This document shows, piece by piece, positions 1-9,019 of a stretch of DNA of 37,688 nt. Location of the stretch: positions 1-37,688 of IMG/VR virus record IMGVR_UViG_3300032038_000024, one strand, 5' to 3'. The translations under genes were made by a program, and so were the position numbers. The DNA comes from a virus. Taxonomy: Duplodnaviria; Heunggongvirae; Uroviricota; Caudoviricetes. The notes under the pieces are model-generated. The model saw only the letters and a list, made by a program, of their open reading frames with translations. It made no database searches and was not told the DNA's origin. The first letter of the stretch is position 1. Each line of letters starts with the position of its first letter.

Positions 1-190
1 AGCCACATACAGGCCACCAATAATTATGTCGTGGGTGCCAATATTCAACTAAATGTGTTTCTTTATTAATACGAAACTTTGGTTTTGTATAAAATGTAAT
101 ATAGTCATATAACGGTTTTCCAAGTGTACCTATAATAAATACAATTGCAATACCGAATACGCCCAATATTCCTAATAAATCATTATTCAT
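1..190 (-). CDS. Partial hypothetical membrane protein (3' end runs off the window)
   Basis: Manual translation from ATG 190: MNNDLLGILGVFGIAIVFIIGTLGKPLYDY...HNYWWPVCG, with no stop before base 1; hydrophobic N-terminal helix; not in the ORF track. Confidence 0.7.
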   Translation of the reverse strand, partial: MNNDLLGILGVFGIAIVFIIGTLGKPLYDYITFYTKPKFRINKETHLVEYWHPRHNYWWPVCG

Positions 191-192
191 AA

Positions 193-660
193 TTATTTAA
201 TTGATTTTACAACTGAATTAATTGTGGTTTCTACAAATGATTTTATATTATTTGCATTTTCAGCAATAAAGTCAAATTGTTCTTTTGTTATCTCTTTGCA
301 TTTTGTTGAACCACGACCTGTATAATCACGTTCGTAAGGATTATTAAACCAATATCTATTAATATCTCTATTTTCAAAAACTATTCCTTGAGATCTTGTA
401 TCAATATTATAACAATCATATTTATTTCTAAATTCATTTGATGGCCATTTATCTACTTTAACAGCACAAAATGAACAACCATTAAAATCAAAAACAAAAT
501 AACGACCAGCTAATGCTTTATACCATTCTTCACAATTTTTGATTTTTTCTTCTCGTTCTTTTTGTTCTTTTTCTCTATATTCATTTACATAATCCAGATA
601 ATCTTTAATAGATGCATCTGGATGTGTTTTATAATATTCAAATATATTTATATTATCCAT
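193..660 (-). CDS. Hypothetical protein (155 aa)
   Basis: ATG-started ORF packed 2 nt from both neighbours in a co-oriented run. Confidence 0.8.
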   Translation of the reverse strand: MDNINIFEYYKTHPDASIKDYLDYVNEYREKEQKEREEKIKNCEEWYKALAGRYFVFDFNGCSFCAVKVDKWPSNEFRNKYDCYNIDTRSQGIVFENRDINRYWFNNPYERDYTGRGSTKCKEITKEQFDFIAENANNIKSFVETTINSVVKSIK

Positions 661-662
661 AA

Positions 663-938
663 TTAAAATGTGTTTTCATCAATATCAACAGGAGTACCAA
701 CGGAAACCATTTGAATCTTCCAGCTTAAATCATGGCCAGTACGAGTGCAATATGACATTCGCTTGGTACAATTTGCAAGTGCTTTTTTAATTCCTTTGCC
801 TTCCTTACCAGTGTAAAACTTTGCAAACCAAATACTTGCGTTTGTTCTAATAAATGTATCACCACCTGAATAGTAACCGTAAAACTGTTTTGTTACCTTA
901 TCAGTTGCACAAAGTACGTAAGCAATGTTATTCTCCAT
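663..938 (-). CDS. Hypothetical protein (91 aa), first gene after promoter copy 1
   Basis: ORF track; start lies 20 nt from the conserved promoter motif. Confidence 0.75.
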   Translation of the reverse strand: MENNIAYVLCATDKVTKQFYGYYSGGDTFIRTNASIWFAKFYTGKEGKGIKKALANCTKRMSYCTRTGHDLSWKIQMVSVGTPVDIDENTF

Positions 939-957
939 ATTTATTTGTTTAATTTGA

Positions 958-1001
958 TTACAAATATAATATAGAATATATCTTAAAAAATTAAATAATA
1001 T
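958..1001 (-). promoter_or_regulatory. Conserved bipartite promoter, copy 1
   Basis: Minus strand ATATTATTTAATTTTTTA-N9-CTATATTATATTTGTAA; contains TATATTTG, matching the Bacteroidetes -7 consensus TAnnTTTG. Confidence 0.8.
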
Positions 1002-1324
1002 TAAGATTTATTTTCTTCATTTAATTTCTTAATATCTGCTTCGTATTTTTTCAATAATGTTGTAAACCTTTCTGGTCTTGTTGGATTTACAAGTTTAGGA
1101 GCAATTGAAAATTTTAATGTTGTAATATCCCAACCTCGTCTTTCAAATTCTTTTTTTACATCATCAGTAAAAACATTTGAAAATATCCAGCTCCCATCAC
1201 AGCTTCCTTGACACATCATTGGCCATGATACAACTAAATCATAATTATGTTTATCATCTTCATCATGACCCCAATAAACATGAAGTTTATCTTTTTCTTT
1301 AATCTTTAATATTTTCTGATGCAT
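1001..1324 (-). CDS. Hypothetical protein (107 aa)
   Basis: ORF track, ATG start, co-oriented run. Confidence 0.75.
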   Translation of the reverse strand: MHQKILKIKEKDKLHVYWGHDEDDKHNYDLVVSWPMMCQGSCDGSWIFSNVFTDDVKKEFERRGWDITTLKFSIAPKLVNPTRPERFTTLLKKYEADIKKLNEENKS

Positions 1325-1571
1325 ACGATTTTTGATATTTACGTTTATCTAATAATTCATTAATATCAAAACCATCAGGAAGATGATCATCAATAATTTT
1401 TGCCATGTCTATTAAATATTCAATAGACATTCTCATTGTTTCAGATATATTTTCTGAATTATCGTAAAGATATTTTGCAACTTTTTCGTTATTCAAATTC
1501 TTAAGCATGGTAGCCATATTGTAAAATGGCCCAACCATATTTCTTACTCTTTCCTCAATTCTTTCCACCAT
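1299..1571 (-). CDS. Hypothetical protein (90 aa)
   Basis: ORF track; short 3' overlap with the next gene. Confidence 0.7.
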   Translation of the reverse strand: MVERIEERVRNMVGPFYNMATMLKNLNNEKVAKYLYDNSENISETMRMSIEYLIDMAKIIDDHLPDGFDINELLDKRKYQKSYASENIKD

Positions 1572-1586
1572 AATGCAATTTAAGTC

Positions 1587-1901
1587 TTACCAAGATATAG
1601 TTGTATCATCAGCGGGATCCCACTGAGTTCCAGAGAAATGTGATATCTTAAATCCTTTTGATTTAATAAATTCTGAAGTTGCCTTCATTAATGTCTTGTT
1701 TGAAAATGTTATCGTGTGTTCACCTTCAAATCTAGCTTCATTAATCAGATTATAAATCCAATTAAGTTCTTCTTTCATTCGACCCGAATTAATTTCATCT
1801 GAAACTTCTCGAGCCTCTTCAGCTGTAAAATACTTTTGTTCGCCTTCTATTTTCATGTTATTTTCTTTTTTAGGAATTTTACCCCAACCGAGTTCTTCCA
1901 T
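1587..1901 (-). CDS. Hypothetical protein (104 aa; start possibly at the internal MKIEG)
   Basis: ORF track, tight packing. Confidence 0.75.
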   Translation of the reverse strand: MEELGWGKIPKKENNMKIEGEQKYFTAEEAREVSDEINSGRMKEELNWIYNLINEARFEGEHTITFSNKTLMKATSEFIKSKGFKISHFSGTQWDPADDTTISW

Positions 1902-1902
1902 A

Positions 1903-2328
1903 TTAATAAGTTATATTTAAATGTTCATTATAAGCATCCCAGTTTTTATCATCAAGACAATTTTGAATTACTGCTTCATATATTGTCCCATCAATATCTA
2001 AACTGCCACCTTGCCACCATCCAGTTGTATTAAACGAAAACCAACCACCATTATTATCTCGGGCAAAGTATATATCATGCTCATCATATTTTGGAATTGA
2101 ACATCGTATGATGACATCAGTTTTTGGACTAAAGATCCACTTTTTATGTTTTTTCTCTTTAGCCCATAACTTTATTAATTCACATTTTACATGGTTATCG
2201 TCAGCAATCAATATATGATTTGCATCATCAAGTGAAATTATTTCTTCACATTTTGCAATATAATGACGGCCGACTCCACATTTACCGTCATCCCAGAAAT
2301 GATAATATTTGCCTACTTCAGGTATCAT
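1903..2328 (-). CDS. Hypothetical protein (141 aa)
   Basis: ATGA overlap with the upstream stop at 2325-2328. Confidence 0.8.
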   Translation of the reverse strand: MIPEVGKYYHFWDDGKCGVGRHYIAKCEEIISLDDANHILIADDNHVKCELIKLWAKEKKHKKWIFSPKTDVIIRCSIPKYDEHDIYFARDNNGGWFSFNTTGWWQGGSLDIDGTIYEAVIQNCLDDKNWDAYNEHLNITY

Positions 2329-2648
2329 AGTGGTTTCTTTCTCTTTGGTAATTGTGATTCTTGTTCCTCTTCTTTTTCTTTTGCTAAATTAAAATCTTGC
2401 ATATACCATACAAGAGATTCTACAAGGTCTGTATCATCAAAAATATCAAACCAAGTATTCTTATTCCAATTAATCAATTGGTTTCTCTTATAAAAGTATT
2501 CATTGAAACTTTTCTGAAGATAATTGATGCACTTTGTACGAGTGAAGAATCTTGTAACAAATCCATCAAAGCAATCTTCAGCAGATAACACTTCAAGTAT
2601 CTGACGTGCCATTGTTCTTGCAATTTGCATTTTCTTATCTTTATTCAT
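2325..2648 (-). CDS. Hypothetical protein (107 aa)
   Basis: ORF track; translationally coupled to the next gene. Confidence 0.75.
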   Translation of the reverse strand: MNKDKKMQIARTMARQILEVLSAEDCFDGFVTRFFTRTKCINYLQKSFNEYFYKRNQLINWNKNTWFDIFDDTDLVESLVWYMQDFNLAKEKEEEQESQLPKRKKPL

Positions 2649-2680
2649 ATGTATAGATATTAATATATTTTGTAAAATAG

Positions 2681-2716
2681 AAAAATGCCAGCAATTGTAA
2701 AATTACCGGCATTTTC
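2681..2716 (-). terminator. Rho-independent terminator-like hairpin
   Basis: Minus strand AAAATGCC-GGTAATT-TTAC-AATTGCT-GGCATTTTT; the mismatches become G.U pairs only on the minus strand; T-tract follows. Confidence 0.7.
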
Positions 2717-2733
2717 ATTAACATTATTTAATA

Positions 2734-3129
2734 TTATTTATCTTCAGGTTTATCTTTCAAATACTCTTGAATTTTTCCAATATACAAATCTAAAGCTTTC
2801 TTGTTAAATTCGTGGCATTGTTGCATTGAATATAACATATTGCACCAAGATTTATATTCATCTTCCTCATCAGATTTGAATTGAATATAGCCAAGAGCAG
2901 GACCGTGACCTGTGCCGTAATCAAAATCTTCAGTATAACCAATTATGTATGTCCATAATTTGCCATCTACTGAATATTGTAAATTTCCATCTTTGTCTAA
3001 TCGATGTTGAACTGGCCAACATTTCTCATATTTATATTTTAAATTCTTATAATTCTTGAATATCTGAACACCAAATATTCCAATCATTATTCCAAGTACT
3101 ATGAAAAGTACAATTAAATATGCATTCAT
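2734..3129 (-). CDS. Hypothetical protein with N-terminal transmembrane helix (131 aa)
   Basis: YLIVLFIVLGIMIGIFGVQIF hydrophobic stretch followed by a basic segment. Confidence 0.8.
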   Translation of the reverse strand: MNAYLIVLFIVLGIMIGIFGVQIFKNYKNLKYKYEKCWPVQHRLDKDGNLQYSVDGKLWTYIIGYTEDFDYGTGHGPALGYIQFKSDEEDEYKSWCNMLYSMQQCHEFNKKALDLYIGKIQEYLKDKPEDK

Positions 3130-3157
3130 ATTATATTAATTTATTTAATTAAAAATA

Positions 3158-4354
3158 TCAAATTGTATTCATAACTTTTGTTTGATTTAATATTTCTCCA
3201 CAACCATAACAATGATAATAATCTTGGTCATACAAAATACAGAATTGACCTGGAGCAGCTGTTACTGGTGTATCTGAAATAATTTTAATATCATGATCTG
3301 ACCCATAAAAATACATCTTACCTGTGTACTTCTCTGGAGAATGACGTACCTTAAATGTTACATCACAAATAAAGTTTGGATCTCCAGTACCATCCCATGT
3401 ACGATGATACCAAGTATCAATCATATTTTCTGTAAGCCAATTGACATCCATTACATAGAACTCAGTAACCTTGCTCTCATCATAGTTCTTCGATACATAA
3501 ACAATATTCTTGTTCACATCCTTTCCTACGACATACCAAGGACCACATGAAAGATTCAATCCTTTACGCTGTCCTACAGTATGGAACCAATGTCCATGAT
3601 GCTTACCAAGAATTGCACCTGTATCTGCATCGATGATTTTTCCATCCTCCTTACCGAGATACTGCTCAATGTATTGATTATAATTAATCTTACCTAAGAA
3701 ACAAATACCCTGAGAGTCCTTTCTCTTTGCATTAATGAGATGATTCTCCTCTGCAATTTGACGAACCTCCTCCTTCATAAGATTACCAACTGGAAATATA
3801 ATCTTTGAAATAGGTACCTTCTTTGTATCAATATTTGCAATAAAATCTACTTGGTCCTTTACAGGATCCTTAGCTGGGCAAATCCACCACTTAATATTCT
3901 TATCCCAGTCTTTCTTATGCCCATCATTATCATTGAATATAACAGTAGTATCATTAATTACATTCATGTATCCTACACGAGTTGCATAATGACCAGTTGC
4001 AATATAATCATACTTATATCCAACCTTATCATAGAATGCACCAAACTTGATAATTGTATTACACATAACATCTGGGTTAGGAGTATAACCACGACTAACC
4101 TTATCCATTGTATACTTTACAACATTATCCCAATACTCTCGATGTAAGTCAATTATCTCAAACTTACAACCATACTTTGCTGCAACTGCGGAAGCCATCT
4201 CAATATCCTCCTCAGATGTACAACTGTATGAATCCTTCTCATCAGGACCTATATGTATATAATAACAATCAGGCTTCTCTCCAGCTTGACAAAGCATATG
4301 CAATGCAACTGAAGAGTCAACACCACCTGAAAGTAATAAAGCTATCTTACTCAT
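3158..4354 (-). CDS. mnmA: tRNA-specific 2-thiouridylase MnmA (Bacteroidales type)
   Basis: PP-loop LLSGGVDSS, TPNPDVMCN, IATGHYA, KDSQGICFLG, TVGQRKGL, APGQFC; start moved from TTG 4372 to ATG 4354 (MSKIALLL), which overlaps the upstream small-ORF stop. Confidence 0.95.
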   Translation of the reverse strand: MSKIALLLSGGVDSSVALHMLCQAGEKPDCYYIHIGPDEKDSYSCTSEEDIEMASAVAAKYGCKFEIIDLHREYWDNVVKYTMDKVSRGYTPNPDVMCNTIIKFGAFYDKVGYKYDYIATGHYATRVGYMNVINDTTVIFNDNDGHKKDWDKNIKWWICPAKDPVKDQVDFIANIDTKKVPISKIIFPVGNLMKEEVRQIAEENHLINAKRKDSQGICFLGKINYNQYIEQYLGKEDGKIIDADTGAILGKHHGHWFHTVGQRKGLNLSCGPWYVVGKDVNKNIVYVSKNYDESKVTEFYVMDVNWLTENMIDTWYHRTWDGTGDPNFICDVTFKVRHSPEKYTGKMYFYGSDHDIKIISDTPVTAAPGQFCILYDQDYYHCYGCGEILNQTKVMNTI

Positions 4355-4466
4355 TTTCTTTATAATTTTCAATTACAAAATCTACAATACGTTCTAATTC
4401 CCAATCTTGCATATAAGGAAGTAACATATCATTTTCTAATGCTTCAATTATTTCTTCTTTTGTCAT
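4347..4466 (-). CDS. Small hypothetical protein (39 aa)
   Basis: Manual: MTKEEIIEALENDMLLPYMQDWELERIVDFVIENYKENE*; fills the gap exactly and its stop overlaps the mnmA ATG. Confidence 0.6.
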   Translation of the reverse strand: MTKEEIIEALENDMLLPYMQDWELERIVDFVIENYKENE

Positions 4467-4467
4467 A

Positions 4468-4677
4468 TTAAATAAAGAAATAGTTTTTCATTGTTGCTCG
4501 AAGTGACTTAATATCATCGTCAGTTAAACGTGGTTCATTTCCATAAATATAACCTTCAAGCCAAAATGCTGCAATTTGCAATGCCATTGCATTCTTTTTA
4601 CCTTTAAGAGATTTTACACCAAAAGCTACAGCCTTATCAATAATTTCTAAAACGTCAAATTCACTTAAATTATACAT
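4468..4677 (-). CDS. Hypothetical protein (69 aa)
   Basis: ORF track, tight packing. Confidence 0.7.
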   Translation of the reverse strand: MYNLSEFDVLEIIDKAVAFGVKSLKGKKNAMALQIAAFWLEGYIYGNEPRLTDDDIKSLRATMKNYFFI

Positions 4678-4680
4678 AAT

Positions 4681-4956
4681 TTAATCATTTACTAAATGAA
4701 ACTGCGAAAGATCTCTCTGTCCATAAGGCTTCTTGCATTCCTCAATATATTTCAAAACAATTGACTTTGACTTTGCATAATCACCTGACGGATCTCCCTT
4801 CATCCAAGTTTTCCAATCCTTATGCTTCCATTTACCACTCAAAAGATCAATACTGAAATCATCAGGAGAATAATTGAATGTCTTCTTACTCTGAGAAGCA
4901 TAAAACTTCTGCATCTCCTTAATTCTCTGTTGCTCTGAATCGTAAACTCTCTTCAT
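4681..4956 (-). CDS. Hypothetical protein (91 aa)
   Basis: ORF track, tight packing. Confidence 0.75.
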   Translation of the reverse strand: MKRVYDSEQQRIKEMQKFYASQSKKTFNYSPDDFSIDLLSGKWKHKDWKTWMKGDPSGDYAKSKSIVLKYIEECKKPYGQRDLSQFHLVND

Positions 4957-4957
4957 A

Positions 4958-5236
4958 TTAATCTGCTAAATTAAAATCAACATAATTACCTTCTCTACGA
5001 ATAATCTCCTTAATACGAGGCATAAAATCTCCTCTTTTGTAAACTAACCGAGCATTGAAAACTGCAGTGTCCAAATCATCATAAACATTACAATTGTTAA
5101 TATCACGAGTAAAATCAGAAGCAGCAAAAGCAACAGCATATCCCTTTTCACCAAGCTTAAGACCGAACTCGTTTGCCTCATCAATACATTCCAACTCGAT
5201 TAAATACTGAATTTTGAAATTATTCATAATCATCAA
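4958..5236 (-). CDS. Hypothetical protein (92 aa), first gene after promoter copy 2
   Basis: ORF track; start 10 nt from the promoter motif. Confidence 0.75.
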   Translation of the reverse strand: MMIMNNFKIQYLIELECIDEANEFGLKLGEKGYAVAFAASDFTRDINNCNVYDDLDTAVFNARLVYKRGDFMPRIKEIIRREGNYVDFNLAD

Positions 5237-5245
5237 TTTTATTAA

Positions 5246-5289
5246 TTACAAATATAATATAGCAATTAAATTAAAAAATTAAATAATAT
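5246..5289 (-). promoter_or_regulatory. Conserved bipartite promoter, copy 2
   Basis: + strand ttacaaatataatatag-caattaaat-taaaaaattaaataatat; identical boxes and 9-nt spacer. Confidence 0.8.
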
Positions 5290-5329
5290 TAGAAAAATTA
5301 TGCTAATTTTTTAAATTGCATTATATGAA
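5272..5329. repeat. About 58-bp dispersed repeat (upstream promoter box plus stem-loop), second copy at 17681-17739
   Basis: taaaaaattaaataatattagaaaaattatgctaatttt[tt|cta]aaattgcattatatgaa; the only difference lies in the hairpin loop. Confidence 0.9.
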
Positions 5330-5331
5330 AT

Positions 5332-6288
5332 TTAATTTCTCTCAGTCATAATAAATCTGAAGTGTGGAATCATTTTCTCAGAGAACTGAGCTGCGAGAAC
5401 TGAGCGGCAGTACAATTTTTTCTCTCCGTCAGTAATTGTCATCTCGAAGAACTTAGGGTCATTCTTGACATTTGAAACAGTAATCTTCTCGATAATGAAC
5501 TTCTTATCAAGCAGTCGGTCAGCGAGACCGCGAACATTGTATTCAAACTGTTTTGTTGCCTCTTCAACAGTAAATTTCTGGAACTCTTCAACAGTCGGAT
5601 ACATTCGAAGTATTCCGTTCAAACGACCAATTTTATTATCAACCTTTTCCTTTTCTGACCAAATTGACCATGTTGCGTTGTAACCTTTCTTCTCCTTACG
5701 AGCGGCCTCATATCGAGCTTCAATTGCAAGTCTCTGATTCTTGAGAGCCTCAATGTCAGTAGGAATCCTTTCGTAACGCTTTCCAGCAGCCTCGTGAACC
5801 TTTTCCAAATAACGAACCTTAAAATCAGCAAGCTCAGAAGAAAGCTTTGAAACAAGTTCCTCAATGTTATTTTCAAGTTCTGCCTCAGCAGCTTTCTGGT
5901 CATCAGTCTTGGTAGCTTCATTCAGCCAAGCAGTAATCTTGTCAAACATATTGCAAGCATATTTGCCAGCAATTGAATTACCACCGCGCTTTGCACGAGA
6001 TTCATAATCTGCCTGAAGCATCTTAACAAATGCAATAGGCTCACCGTCAAGATACTGACTCAACTTAGTAACCTTGGGATCCAAACGGAACCAGTCCCTC
6101 ATATCCTCAATATCAAACTGAGTTTGAGTTGAACGGATCTCCTTAAGAATAGAATTAATCTTCTCCTGAATATCCTTACCCTTTGCAAAGGTATTGTACT
6201 TGATACTCAGGTTCTTGCGATCATAACCAGCCTCTTGGTAATCTCGACGAAGTTCCTCTTTGGTAAATTTGATATTTGTCATATTCAT
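5332..6288 (-). CDS. Hypothetical helical/coiled-coil protein (318 aa) with elevated GC, probably early and highly expressed
   Basis: Long ORF directly downstream of promoter copy 3; spot count of 24/60 GC at 5641-5700. Confidence 0.85.
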   Translation of the reverse strand: MNMTNIKFTKEELRRDYQEAGYDRKNLSIKYNTFAKGKDIQEKINSILKEIRSTQTQFDIEDMRDWFRLDPKVTKLSQYLDGEPIAFVKMLQADYESRAKRGGNSIAGKYACNMFDKITAWLNEATKTDDQKAAEAELENNIEELVSKLSSELADFKVRYLEKVHEAAGKRYERIPTDIEALKNQRLAIEARYEAARKEKKGYNATWSIWSEKEKVDNKIGRLNGILRMYPTVEEFQKFTVEEATKQFEYNVRGLADRLLDKKFIIEKITVSNVKNDPKFFEMTITDGEKKLYCRSVLAAQFSEKMIPHFRFIMTERN

Positions 6289-6295
6289 TAATTAT

Positions 6296-6339
6296 TTACA
6301 AATATAATATAGTACTTAAATTAAAAAATTAAATAATAT
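6296..6339 (-). promoter_or_regulatory. Conserved bipartite promoter, copy 3
   Basis: ttacaaatataatatag-tacttaaat-taaaaaattaaataatat. Confidence 0.8.
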
Positions 6340-6351
6340 ATGAAAAAATTT

Positions 6352-6382
6352 AAGAAAAAATAAAGGGTAACTTTGTTACCCT
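6352..6382 (-). terminator. Terminator of clpX
   Basis: Minus strand AGGGTAAC-AAA-GTTACCCT then TTATTTTTT; overlaps the clpX stop. Confidence 0.8.
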
Positions 6383-7587
6383 ATTTGTTTTTTGACATAA
6401 TCAATATCAACTGTTAATTCTTTTATATCTGATGAAGGTGCATCAAACATTGCTCGTGTCATAATGTTTTCCATTGTTCCTCTTAATCCACGTGCACCTA
6501 ATTTATTTTCGATTGTCTTATCTACAATATAATTAAGTGCCTCTTCAGTAAAGTTCAAGTCAACATTATCAAGTTCAAATATTCTCTTATATTGTTTGAT
6601 AAGAGCATTCTTTGGTTCAGTCAATATCTTCATTAATGCTTCCCTATCGAGTTCATCAGTATATGTAATTATTGGCATACGACCGATAATTTCAGGAATC
6701 AAACCAAATGCTTTTAAATCAAGAGGAGTAATCTTTGACATAAATTCATCATCAGATGTCTTTCCTTCAACTTGTCTTTCTGCTACTGCATTAAAACCTA
6801 CAGTATGCTGATTACATCTTTGTGCAATCTTCTTTTCAATACCAACAAATGCTCCTCCACAAATAAACAATATGTTTTTTGTATCAATTTTTACAAGTGG
6901 AGTATCTGGGTGTTTACGACCACCTTTAGGAGGTATTGATACGATAGATCCTTCAAGAAGTTTCAAAAGACCTTGTTGAACACCTTCACCTGATACATCT
7001 CGAGATATTGATGCATTATCTCCCTTTCTTGCGATCTTATCTATTTCATCAATAAATACAATACCTCTTTCTGTCTTTTCTACATCATAGTCTGCTGCTT
7101 GATAAAGATTAACAAGTACAGATTCTACATCTTCACCAACATAACCTGATTCTGTTAATACTGTTGCATCAGCAATTGTAAATGGAACATTAAGAAGTTT
7201 TGCAACAGTCTTTGCAATTAAAGTCTTACCAGTACCTGTTGGACCAACTATACATATATTTGACTTTTCAATTTCAACATCATTTACAATTGGAGTAGAA
7301 ATTCTCTTATAGTGATTATATACAGCAACAGCAACACGTTCCTTAACTCTATCTTGTCCGATAATATATTGGTCAAGGAACTCTTTTATTTCGTGAGGCT
7401 TAGGAATACCTGACATTAAGTTTTCACTAACCTTTTCATTTTGTTCTCTTACAGTATTGAATGCTTGGTTAACACAGTCAGAACATATATAACCAAAATT
7501 ACCTTCAAGCAATAATGGAACCATGCTTTGTGGTCTACCGCAGCATACACAATATTTCTCTTGTACTTCTGTTTTATTATCTTCCAT
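6376..7587 (-). CDS. clpX: ATP-dependent Clp protease ATP-binding subunit ClpX
   Basis: C4 zinc-binding domain (CVCC...CSDC), Walker A GPTGTGKT, Walker B FIDEID, RDVSGEGVQQGLLK, VGF loop, LGARGLR; ATG at 7587. Confidence 0.95.
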   Translation of the reverse strand: MEDNKTEVQEKYCVCCGRPQSMVPLLLEGNFGYICSDCVNQAFNTVREQNEKVSENLMSGIPKPHEIKEFLDQYIIGQDRVKERVAVAVYNHYKRISTPIVNDVEIEKSNICIVGPTGTGKTLIAKTVAKLLNVPFTIADATVLTESGYVGEDVESVLVNLYQAADYDVEKTERGIVFIDEIDKIARKGDNASISRDVSGEGVQQGLLKLLEGSIVSIPPKGGRKHPDTPLVKIDTKNILFICGGAFVGIEKKIAQRCNQHTVGFNAVAERQVEGKTSDDEFMSKITPLDLKAFGLIPEIIGRMPIITYTDELDREALMKILTEPKNALIKQYKRIFELDNVDLNFTEEALNYIVDKTIENKLGARGLRGTMENIMTRAMFDAPSSDIKELTVDIDYVKKQIG

Positions 7588-7629
7588 CAACGATTATTTT
7601 AAATTACTAAATATAATATATTAATATAG

Positions 7630-7857
7630 TTGGAACCCGTAAAAAATTATTCATTTTCACAATTATATAAGAAAATGTTTGGAAAGAACGTACACTATAC
7701 TTCTGATTGTGAGTTCTTTCCAAACTTTGATGTCGTCATAAAAGTTAATGACATATATATAAATAAAAATGAAATAATATTTAAGGGCAAAACCAAAAAT
7801 AACAAAATGCTAACAATTGGTTCTAATATGTCCCATCTTATGTTTGAGGTTGTTTGA
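7630..7857 (+). CDS. Hypothetical protein (75 aa from TTG, or about 60 aa from the internal ATG)
   Basis: Only ORF filling the gap between clpX and the next minus-strand gene. Confidence 0.55.
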   Translation: MEPVKNYSFSQLYKKMFGKNVHYTSDCEFFPNFDVVIKVNDIYINKNEIIFKGKTKNNKMLTIGSNMSHLMFEVV

Positions 7858-8383
7858 AGTCTTCAGGATTTTTTCTTACTCTATCTTTCCAATAATTCAA
7901 ACAACTCATAAATGAATCTTCATACTCTTGTTTTACTGATGCATACATTGCTACAACATTTGCAATAGTAGTTAATAATTCATTTGATACAACTTGTCCA
8001 TCAGGAAGCTTTCGGTTACCTGTACATTCTTTATCAAACAAACGAATAAGTTTATCAACACGTTTTTCTGGATCATCTGTTTCACAAGAATGCAATAAAC
8101 AAGTTGATTCTCCAGTCTTAGGATCTCCAGCTAACATTACAATATTCAAATCTTTATCAACCAAATCAAGAGTCAATGCCGTTTCTAATGACCATTGATA
8201 AAGTGGTTCTGATTTACATTTTGTAATATTTGCAGTACGAATCTTTTCTAATAACTCCTCATCAATTGGAGCTTGCATATGATTCCAAATTTGAATTGTC
8301 TTTGCTTCTCTACCTTTAACTGGCCATGAAGCAGTCTTTCCATCGTTAGGAATTTGTCCTAACAAAATATTATCCTTTTCCAT
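7838..8383 (-). CDS. Hypothetical protein (181 aa)
   Basis: ORF track; overlaps the ACP stop by 14 nt. Confidence 0.8.
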   Translation of the reverse strand: MEKDNILLGQIPNDGKTASWPVKGREAKTIQIWNHMQAPIDEELLEKIRTANITKCKSEPLYQWSLETALTLDLVDKDLNIVMLAGDPKTGESTCLLHSCETDDPEKRVDKLIRLFDKECTGNRKLPDGQVVSNELLTTIANVVAMYASVKQEYEDSFMSCLNYWKDRVRKNPEDFKQPQT

Positions 8384-8651
8384 TTAACTTATTATCTATA
8401 TAATCAATTACTTTTCTTAATGTTATTTGGTCATCAATAATACTATCATCTATAACAAAACCATGACCAATCTCACGCTCAACTGCCATTGTAAATTCTA
8501 TCATATCCAATGAATCAAATTTCAATTCTTGATATATAAATTCATCTTCACCATCATTAGGTTTAGATTGTAAATCAATGATAATATCATCATTGCAAAA
8601 TTGGTCATATAAACATTGATATACTATCTTTTTTATTTCATTTCTATCCAT
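8370..8651 (-). CDS. acpP: Acyl carrier protein
   Basis: Small acidic protein with ELKFDSLDMIEFTMAVEREIG; the DSL motif carries the phosphopantetheine Ser. Confidence 0.8.
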   Translation of the reverse strand: MDRNEIKKIVYQCLYDQFCNDDIIIDLQSKPNDGEDEFIYQELKFDSLDMIEFTMAVEREIGHGFVIDDSIIDDQITLRKVIDYIDNKLNGKG

Positions 8652-8764
8652 GTAAAAAATTGTTAAAATATAATATCTGTATTTTAATAGTTATATTCCT
8701 CACTGGAATATCTAGAGGAATGTCTAGCATCCTTTAATGTCAAATTAATATAGTTATTCAGTCA

Positions 8765-9016
8765 TTATTTTTTAGTGGTGCTAGAGGAAGGAATTTCATC
8801 TTTATATGTTATTTTTCTCTTTTTTAGATGTCTACCTGTATATATGCAGCTAAATAATGAAGCAATTGTTATACAAGTAATCATAGTTGTAAATGTTGAA
8901 CTTGCGGGATCATTATAATTAAGTATACATATAACAAATATTATACTAAGTATAACAAATGATATTATACATGCTAAATGATATAATGCCCAATGCATTG
9001 GGTATGCGTGTCCCAT
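8765..9016 (-). CDS. Small two-transmembrane protein (83 aa)
   Basis: Two hydrophobic segments and a basic C-tail. Confidence 0.65.
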   Translation of the reverse strand: MGHAYPMHWALYHLACIISFVILSIIFVICILNYNDPASSTFTTMITCITIASLFSCIYTGRHLKKRKITYKDEIPSSSTTKK

Positions 9017-9019
9017 AAA

